30,640 nt of DNA. Source: a virus. Taxonomy: Duplodnaviria > Caudoviricetes. The stretch spans positions 1 through 30,640 of the IMG/VR virus record IMGVR_UViG_3300032290_000817. One strand, written 5' to 3'. Below, piece by piece: positions 1-5,789 of the stretch (positions are counted from its first letter, which is position 1; every line of letters begins with the position of its first letter). The notes under the pieces were generated by a model. That model worked only from the letters and a program-made list of their open reading frames with translations, did no database searches and was not told where the DNA came from. The position numbers were made by a program, and so were the translations under genes.

Positions 1-2273
1 CCGCGAGGCCCCTCAGGCCCCTTGTGCAGCACCTGGGCGGCCTGATCGAACATGTTCATGGCGTCCTGCGTGTCGCGCCTCTGGCCGCCTCGTGTGGCAT
101 AGGCGTCGATGCGCTGCGCCTGGGCGCCGGAGAAAAGACCCCACACGGTTAGGGCGCTGAAGTCGTTCTCGGCCTTGATCGTGTAGGCGGTATCGAGCGA
201 GGCGACGACATACTCCATGGGCGGGAACACGCTAGCCTCATAGAGGCGCCACCACTCTCGCTTGATGACGCCACCACCACGCGGCGTCGGCTCCTGCTGG
301 AACTGGCCGGCTGTGGCGTATGGCCCCATGACCTTCTTGTCGCGGGCGACCACCTCGGCAGGGAATCGCTCAGGGAACAGTAGCTCGCCGGCCTCCGTGC
401 GTGGATCTATGAACCCCAATTTGGTCGGGAACGCACGAGCGGGATCGAACTCCATCGGCAGCATGAGATGATCGTATCCAAGCCGCTTATCCAAAATGAC
501 GCCGCTCACGTCTTCCTCGTGCAGACGCTGCATGATGACGACGATGGAGGACCGGATAGGATCATTGAGACGGGTCGGGATAGCTTCAAGGAAATTGTTG
601 ACTTCAGCTTGCCTTTGAGTTTCGGAGGCGGCGGAGTCAACGGAATGTGGATCGTCACAGTTGGATACTAAAACTCCTTTACCGCTCCCCACAAAGAAGC
701 TATGGTTGTCTTCCACTGAGAGACAGAAGGTGTCTTCGGCATGACCGACTTCACGGACGAAAACTGGAAACCTATCCCCGGTTTCGAGGGTCTTTACAGC
801 GTAAGCGATTTTGGCCGCATCAGGAGCGAAGGGAGAATTGTTCCTCGAATTGGCCGGGGGACGCTCACCATTGCTAGTAAAATTATAAAAACTCCTCCAA
901 CCAAAGGATACCCTCGATTCAACGCCAGCATCAATAGTATACCTCAACAAATTTTTGTCCACCAAGCTGTTCTGCTTGCCTTTGTTGGCAAACCTGAACC
1001 TGGACAAGAAGTTAGACACAAAAATGGAGACAGAAGCGATGCAAGACTTTGCAACCTCGAATACGGCACAAGGGCTGAAAACATTGCCGACGCCAAAAAG
1101 CATGGCACTTTCCCCCTTCATGAAAAGAGGCCGGGGGCAAAAATAACCAGAAACACCGCCAAAATCATCGCAGAAAGCGAAGCGTCCGCCGATGAACTGG
1201 CCGCTAAATTTGGCGTTAAAAGAGGCACCATTCAACAAATTAGAAGGGGAGAAACTTGGGCTGAGTTTACTCAAAACATTAGAAAGGAAGATTACTACCT
1301 CAGAGGCGAAAAATCCTCCAGTTCCGTCCTTACATCCAATGATGCTGTTATTATTAGCCAATCCAAAGAACCTCAAAGGGTTTTGGCGCGAAAGTATGGA
1401 GTAACTCCCAGAGCTATCTGGTCCATTAAAAACGGACATTCCTGGAAGCATGTGACTGGAATTAAGAAGAGATGCAGCGATCCATCCTGAATTAGTCCAT
1501 ACCTTATGGTCTGGCGTGCATTTAAAAACAGAACCATCAGACAGTCCGACTTCAACAATCGGGCTGCCTGGGTTCTTTTTCCACGAATATATGTTTTTTA
1601 ATTCAGCCTTATTACTTCCTGGCTTTGACGACCAAACTCGAATATTCTTTTTCTCATTTACAATTTCCCCAATTTTCATTGGGCCATTTTCTGTGTGAAC
1701 AATTTCATCATGCGGAAAACAAATAACCCTATCACCCCTGATACCTGTCAGGCTAGTGATCGCCGTAGCAATACGGAAGCCGCCAACGCTATTGACAAAA
1801 TTCAGCTTTTCATTCTGATCCTTGGCCAGCTTGACAAGATCGCCCCATCGGGCCTGATACCACTCAGACGTGATCAACTGTCGCATACGCCTGCTATCGC
1901 GAGCCGACAGATTCTCGACCTTGTGCGCCGCGCACACATAGCGCAAGTGCGGCATGTTGCATGGCCCCCACTCCCAAGCAGGCCAGAACACATTGGTGAT
2001 AAGAGACTTCATTGTGCCCGGAGGAACGTTCACAAGCAGGCGATTGTATAGCGTTCCGTCAGCTAATTCATGACCATCAGTAATAGCCTCAAGATGCTCG
2101 CAAATAGCGTCAATATGCCAACCATGCGTGTATGGCTGGCCGGGCTCAACTATGGACCAAGCCATGCGAATGAACGCAACAAGGCTCTCTGCTGCCTCCG
2201 CCTTATCTAGATCAATCAGAACTTTGTCAGCGTCAAGAACAAGCCCGCCAACACGAACAAGCGTTGCGCTCAC
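1..2273 (-). CDS. terL: Terminase large subunit precursor containing an intein; 3' end runs off the window
   Basis: Manual translation gives an uninterrupted frame from GTG at 2273 (GTGA overlap with the terS stop) to the window edge. Motifs: Walker A-like RLLVNVPPGTMKS, Walker B GDRVI/CDDPH (split by the intein), IVVIMQRLHEEDV, AGQFQQEP, and nuclease motif VASLDTAY...NDFSALTVWG. Probably absent from the ORF track because its stop codon lies outside the window. Confidence 0.95.
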   Translation of the reverse strand, partial: MSATLVRVGGLVLDADKVLIDLDKAEAAESLVAFIRMAWSIVEPGQPYTHGWHIDAICEHLEAITDGHELADGTLYNRLLVNVPPGTMKSLITNVFWPAWEWGPCNMPHLRYVCAAHKVENLSARDSRRMRQLITSEWYQARWGDLVKLAKDQNEKLNFVNSVGGFRIATAITSLTGIRGDRVICFPHDEIVHTENGPMKIGEIVNEKKNIRVWSSKPGSNKAELKNIYSWKKNPGSPIVEVGLSDGSVFKCTPDHKVWTNSGWIAASLLNSSHMLPGMSVFNGPDSSGSYSILSRQNPLRFFGLANNNSIIGCKDGTGGFFASEVVIFLSNVLSKLSPSFSPSNLLNGASFNAKFSGQFIGGRFAFCDDFGGVSGYFCPRPLFMKGESAMLFGVGNVFSPCAVFEVAKSCIASVSIFVSNFLSRFRFANKGKQNSLVDKNLLRYTIDAGVESRVSFGWRSFYNFTSNGERPPANSRNNSPFAPDAAKIAYAVKTLETGDRFPVFVREVGHAEDTFCLSVEDNHSFFVGSGKGVLVSNCDDPHSVDSAASETQRQAEVNNFLEAIPTRLNDPIRSSIVVIMQRLHEEDVSGVILDKRLGYDHLMLPMEFDPARAFPTKLGFIDPRTEAGELLFPERFPAEVVARDKKVMGPYATAGQFQQEPTPRGGGVIKREWWRLYEASVFPPMEYVVASLDTAYTIKAENDFSALTVWGLFSGAQAQRIDAYATRGGQRRDTQDAMNMFDQAAQVLHKGPEGPR
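678..706 (+). promoter_or_regulatory. Candidate sigma70-type promoter for the antisense HNH gene
   Basis: TTTACC (678-683), 17 bp spacer, TATGGT (701-706). Each hexamer matches consensus at 4/6, and the -10 ends about 35 nt upstream of ATG 741. Confidence 0.4.
741..1490 (+). CDS. NUMOD4-HNH homing endonuclease with two C-terminal HTH-like repeats, encoded antisense inside the intein
   Basis: NUMOD4 motif ENWKPIPGFEGLYSVSDFGRIRS; HNH_3-type VHQAVLLAF...VRHKNGDRSDARLCNLEYGTRAEN; two repeats LAAKFGVKRGTIQQIRRGETW and LARKYGVTPRAIWSIKNGHSW; SD-like GAAGGT at 726-731. Confidence 0.92.
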   Translation: MTDFTDENWKPIPGFEGLYSVSDFGRIRSEGRIVPRIGRGTLTIASKIIKTPPTKGYPRFNASINSIPQQIFVHQAVLLAFVGKPEPGQEVRHKNGDRSDARLCNLEYGTRAENIADAKKHGTFPLHEKRPGAKITRNTAKIIAESEASADELAAKFGVKRGTIQQIRRGETWAEFTQNIRKEDYYLRGEKSSSSVLTSNDAVIISQSKEPQRVLARKYGVTPRAIWSIKNGHSWKHVTGIKKRCSDPS

Positions 2274-2737
2274 TTCTTCGCCTTAGCCGCGACCATCACA
2301 GCACGCAATGCGTCACGCTGCTCAGGCGTAAGATCGCCAACGTCAATCGTCGTCGCCTCTACCCTAATCGGCCCGCCATCAGGTCCAGACAATTCCTGCT
2401 TCTGAGAATCAATCCAACCAGATGCGGAGCGACTACGATTCCGCAAACCCAAACTAATAATCTGAGAGTTTCCAGGTGAACCGCCAGCAGTGTTCAGTGC
2501 CCTTTCTTCCCACCACGCAAGCGCTTTGATGCGCCCTTCGTGAGTAGCCTGCGAGAATTCAGGGTGCTTTGCCTGCCAATCATACAAGCACCTAATAGGA
2601 ATATCCAACTTAGCAGACGCGGCTTCAAGAGAATAACCCTGAGCCATCACCTCAACAATCTTTTCGCAATATTCTGGCCTGTAATTAGAAGGACGACCAC
2701 GCTTACTTTTGGCCTCTAATTCCTTACCTTCTGCCAT
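2270..2737 (-). CDS. terS: Terminase small subunit
   Basis: GRPSNYRPEYCEKIV...YDWQAKHPEF HTH-type N-terminus and QELSGPDGGPI tail; directly upstream of and overlapping terL. ATG 2737 is preferred over GTG 2800, which lies upstream of a terminator hairpin. Confidence 0.9.
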   Translation of the reverse strand: MAEGKELEAKSKRGRPSNYRPEYCEKIVEVMAQGYSLEAASAKLDIPIRCLYDWQAKHPEFSQATHEGRIKALAWWEERALNTAGGSPGNSQIISLGLRNRSRSASGWIDSQKQELSGPDGGPIRVEATTIDVGDLTPEQRDALRAVMVAAKAKK

Positions 2738-2750
2738 AATTTTCTCACAT

Positions 2751-2787
2751 AAAAAAAGGGCACCAGACGACAATTCGTCAGGCGCCC
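2751..2787 (-). terminator. Intrinsic terminator just upstream of terS
   Basis: Minus strand reads GGGCGCCTGACGA-attg-TCGTCTGGTGCCC followed by seven T residues. Confidence 0.7.
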
Positions 2788-2813
2788 TCAATATAGACAC
2801 GAAAAGCGATCAA

Positions 2814-3092
2814 TCAATCGTTTTCTTCATCATGACCATTTTCCATAACCACCTCGCAGACAACGCTGTGAGTCTCAATCGAGCATTTTAGAATTTTGAC
2901 GCGCTCCATGTGCGCCGAGTAGCCGGCGCGGAAGCCAATGGAAAACTCGTCCTTCTCGTATCCGTCCCCACCGGCACGGTGCCGGAGGCTGCCAGCGGAC
3001 CCACGGAAGACAGCCCCCAAGGTTGTCTCCTCACGGGCTGCCGCGAGACCATTTTGGAAACCCTGCTTGAGGTTAACGACATCGTTCTTCAT
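2814..3092 (-). CDS. Hypothetical protein (92 aa)
   Basis: ORF packed 2 nt behind the upstream gene in a run of co-oriented small genes. Confidence 0.6.
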   Translation of the reverse strand: MKNDVVNLKQGFQNGLAAAREETTLGAVFRGSAGSLRHRAGGDGYEKDEFSIGFRAGYSAHMERVKILKCSIETHSVVCEVVMENGHDEEND

Positions 3093-3094
3093 GA

Positions 3095-3295
3095 CTACAG
3101 GCCCATTTCAAAGGTTGCGGAGGGGGTAGTTTCGGCTTCCTGGCGCAGAGCGCGCAGGGCAGCGATATCGTCACGGAGCCACGTGCGCAGGATGGCGCGC
3201 CACGCGACGTCACGCTCATTGATCCAGTCGCGGACCTGGGAGGCTAAGTCGGCTTCGGCCTGGGCGAGGATGGTCAGGATGGACTGCTGGGCCAT
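3095..3295 (-). CDS. Hypothetical protein (66 aa, MAQQSILT...)
   Basis: ATG 3295 sits 1 nt after the stop of the upstream gene; helical, amphipathic sequence. Confidence 0.6.
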   Translation of the reverse strand: MAQQSILTILAQAEADLASQVRDWINERDVAWRAILRTWLRDDIAALRALRQEAETTPSATFEMGL

Positions 3296-3296
3296 G

Positions 3297-3692
3297 TCAG
3301 GCGGCCAAGTCGATGGCGGTGCCGGTGGCGTCGTCCAGGGCAACGCGGGCGGCGCCGAGGGTGATGTGCGCCTCGCGAAGCTGGGCGCGGCGCCGGTTCA
3401 GCATGCCAAATTCGATGGAGCGGAGGCGGCGGCGGGCCTCCGGGGTGCGGGCGCGGTTGGCGTCGCCAATGGCGCGGCGCTGGAAGGCCACCAGACGCTC
3501 AAACTCGCGAATTTTGGCTTCTGCGTTTAGCACCGCGCGACGAGCAATTTCGGCAGCGTCAGGGGTGTAGGGCTGCACCGCCACATGCAGCGGCTGGCCG
3601 ATCATGTGAGCCACGTCGGCCAGGATGGCGTCAGTCAGACGGCCATCGGTGAAGCGCTCAGCGGCAGCGAGAACAGCGAGGTTACGGATCAT
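3297..3692 (-). CDS. Hypothetical protein (131 aa)
   Basis: Good RBS (AGGAGA), preceded by a promoter-hairpin cassette; GC-rich codon usage. Confidence 0.7.
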   Translation of the reverse strand: MIRNLAVLAAAERFTDGRLTDAILADVAHMIGQPLHVAVQPYTPDAAEIARRAVLNAEAKIREFERLVAFQRRAIGDANRARTPEARRRLRSIEFGMLNRRRAQLREAHITLGAARVALDDATGTAIDLAA

Positions 3693-3764
3693 GTCATCGT
3701 CTCCTATCTAATCGGGCTGCGTTGCCCGTGCCCCTTACATACATCCGCCTAATTTTAAGCGCAA
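3693..3764 (-). promoter_or_regulatory. Early-type promoter/leader cassette
   Basis: TTGCGC-17-TATGTA, then a CACGGG...AGCCCGAT hairpin and GGAGA RBS; closely resembles 11006-11075. Confidence 0.55.
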
Positions 3765-3813
3765 TACGATAAAGCGTGTTTTTTGAAAAAAATGCCCTCG
3801 CGAATTTTCAGAC

Positions 3814-4386
3814 TCATGGGGCATTTTTTAATTTCAAATAAAATCTAGCTTTAGACACGCGAGGAATTTTTGTAATAACTGCATCAATAGGAACATGTGA
3901 CCTCCGGCTATACCGAACTCCTGTTCGAGCATCTGCATAATCAAATCTAGGAGTTTTTCTCCCTTCATCAGTTTTCCCATCTGATGTCCAATTAGCAGCA
4001 CGATAAATAATACCACTATGGCCAACCGACGGATCAGCATAAGAAACTAAAGCATGAACATTAGAACAATTTTTTCTAATATAACGAACAGCTTGCGATA
4101 TTAAATAAGATTCGGCATTTTTGGGGACATCATCGCTTATCCATAGCCTCGCCAATTCCCAAGTCAGCCCACCATATCTTACGGCAGTTTCTCTCGGAGG
4201 AAGCGCAAAAACAATTGTGCCTAGCAGTTTTCTTTCGCGCTTCAGACCTAAAACCAAAGTGCAAACACCGGGCCATTTACCAAGATAATGAGACTTGATG
4301 AATTTATCAACCTCATGTCGAAAAACAGGCTCTACAAAACAAGACAGTCTCCATTCACGATCAAATATAGGTCCGGTAGGCTTCAT
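3814..4386 (-). CDS. Mom-family (GNAT-like) DNA adenine modification protein
   Basis: Motifs HYL, WELARLWISDDVPKNAESYLIS and LVSYADPSVGHSGIIYRAANW are typical of Mu Mom-like proteins. The gene is visibly AT-rich relative to its neighbours. Confidence 0.8.
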   Translation of the reverse strand: MKPTGPIFDREWRLSCFVEPVFRHEVDKFIKSHYLGKWPGVCTLVLGLKRERKLLGTIVFALPPRETAVRYGGLTWELARLWISDDVPKNAESYLISQAVRYIRKNCSNVHALVSYADPSVGHSGIIYRAANWTSDGKTDEGRKTPRFDYADARTGVRYSRRSHVPIDAVITKIPRVSKARFYLKLKNAP

Positions 4387-4521
4387 CAAACGCGCTCCAT
4401 CTCATTTTTTGGTAAAGGCGCCACGAAAACCCGCGACCCCTCCCACGAAACCTCCCACGAAAATATAATTTCGTGGGAAATGCGCCGAGTGCCTATCACC
4501 ACGGCGCATCCCCTTTTTGAG

Positions 4522-4815
4522 CTACACGCGCTCCATCACGGCATTGCCCAGAGGGGTATTGGCAAACTCGCCGAGGGCACGACGATACACGTCAAGAAGC
4601 GCCTCTCGATTTTGGCGCTTGGTCTGGTCCTCCGCCCGCTCCCGGATCAGAGCGCGCAGCGCAGTCCCGTCGTATCCAGCCGACTTGGCTTCCAGGAAAA
4701 TTTCCTTCTGATCTTCCTTGAGGGATTTAATCTCATCGTTGATACGCTCAACACGCTCCACGATGGAAGCCAAGTGCGTAGTCGCGTTGTGGCCGTGGTT
4801 TCCAGTGTCCGTCAT
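4522..4815 (-). CDS. gapR: GapR-like (DUF2312/UPF0335) nucleoid-associated DNA-binding protein
   Basis: LASIVERVERINDEIKSLKEDQKEIFLEAKSAGYD...LIRER...REALLDVYRRALG matches the DUF2312 pattern; AGGAG RBS. Confidence 0.88.
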   Translation of the reverse strand: MTDTGNHGHNATTHLASIVERVERINDEIKSLKEDQKEIFLEAKSAGYDGTALRALIRERAEDQTKRQNREALLDVYRRALGEFANTPLGNAVMERV

Positions 4816-4878
4816 GTCTCATCTCCTGCATCTGATTGCCCCAGGACTTAGATGCGTCGGGCCTGGGTATCTGACACC

Positions 4879-4974
4879 CCTCTAGAAGCCTCTAGGAAGG
4901 CCATAGAAGGCGGTAAGGGGAGGCTTGGGTAAAGGGACAGCCAAAACCCCTACACCGGCCTCTACGGGCCTCTA
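4879..4974. repeat. Four CCTCTA hexamers in two 10-bp-spaced pairs
   Basis: CCTCTA at 4879, 4889, 4959 and 4969 in intergenic DNA upstream of the GapR-like gene. Confidence 0.55.
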
Positions 4975-4987
4975 CAGGGTCTAAACC

Positions 4988-5605
4988 TCAGAACGGGATT
5001 TCGTCGTCAATCAGGCCCTGCCACTTGATCCCTTCAACAGGGTCATCGAGGCGCCGGGTCGAGGTCACTCTGGCGCCTGGGAAGGCCACCAGCACATCAA
5101 CTGCCGCCTGATAATGCTCCAGCAAGGCCACAATCTCAACAAGCGAAACTACAACTTTGGCCCTGCCATCATTCTTGACCCTTGACGCATCAATGTGGGT
5201 CTCAACAACACACAAAACCTTGCCATCACCTTGGTGTATTTCAAGCATTTTAGGGTCCAACATATCCGCCCCACTTTCCGTGGCCGCCCTATCAAGCGCA
5301 CGATATGCATTCACTGTGCGTTGCGACTCAACCTGAATTTGTGCGCTGTCTGCCTTCTCAATCGCCTCATTGAGCTTCCAGCGCTGAGTATCAAATCGAG
5401 CCTGCAAGTCAGGGCTCACAAGCAACCTCAACCTATCCACTCCCCATTTTTTATCCATCTCATGCGCCAAGATGTCAACCGCCTGAATACAAGCATGACC
5501 ATGAAAATAGCTTTCGGGCGTCTTAGCCCACGGCCCTCGTTTGGTCTGCTCTGAAACGGGCAGGGTTACCTTCTGCCTGCCTTGGGTCTGGCTTGCGCGA
5601 GTCAT
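4988..5605 (-). CDS. Hypothetical replication-region protein (205 aa) ending in DDEIPF
   Basis: Strong RBS AGGAGG before ATG 5605; lies downstream of the primase-helicase; acidic-IPF C-terminus. Confidence 0.8.
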   Translation of the reverse strand: MTRASQTQGRQKVTLPVSEQTKRGPWAKTPESYFHGHACIQAVDILAHEMDKKWGVDRLRLLVSPDLQARFDTQRWKLNEAIEKADSAQIQVESQRTVNAYRALDRAATESGADMLDPKMLEIHQGDGKVLCVVETHIDASRVKNDGRAKVVVSLVEIVALLEHYQAAVDVLVAFPGARVTSTRRLDDPVEGIKWQGLIDDEIPF

Positions 5606-5745
5606 GCTCGGGTTCCTCCTACTCAATTTTCCGCTCGGGACTGTTGCGCGAGTCATAGGCCCCCCCCTAAAGGGGGGGCCTTATATGAACCCGCGCAGTC
5701 CCTCCAGTCCTGGCTGCGCGAGTCTGCGCGAGTCTTGCGCGAGTC
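5594..5745. repeat. Five TGCGCGAGTC repeats plus a GC hairpin; candidate replication origin
   Basis: Exact 10-mers at 5594, 5645, 5715, 5725 and 5736. Hairpin AGGCCCCCCC-ctaaa-GGGGGGGCCT at 5657-5681. Immediately downstream of the primase-helicase gene. Confidence 0.7.
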
Positions 5746-5789
5746 TAAAATACAACCCGCGCTGTAACGAATTTCCCCTGGCAGGCACC

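Larger units (their letters stand above)
660..1721 (-). mobile_element. Intein (354 aa) in the terL Walker B motif
   Basis: Block A CFPHDEIVHTENGPMKIGEIV starts at 1721. Block B is GSVFKCTPDHKVWTNSGWIAASLL (TxxH), block F is DTFCLSVEDNHSFFV, and block G is VLVSN ending at 660, followed by +1 Cys (657-659). Removing it restores GDRVICDDPH. Confidence 0.93.

Noticed and set aside
660-1721. Group I intron or gene-disrupting HNH insertion in terL
   Set aside because: The terL frame is open throughout, the insert is a multiple of three (1062 nt), and it carries intein blocks with Cys1, terminal Asn and +1 Cys. Protein splicing explains it without RNA splicing.
5594-5745. Mini CRISPR array, given a Cas4-like nuclease elsewhere
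   Set aside because: The repeats are only 10 bp with 0-60 bp irregular gaps. The PD-(D/E)XK gene lacks Cas4 Fe-S cysteines and sits beside an SSB-like gene as a recombination exonuclease.
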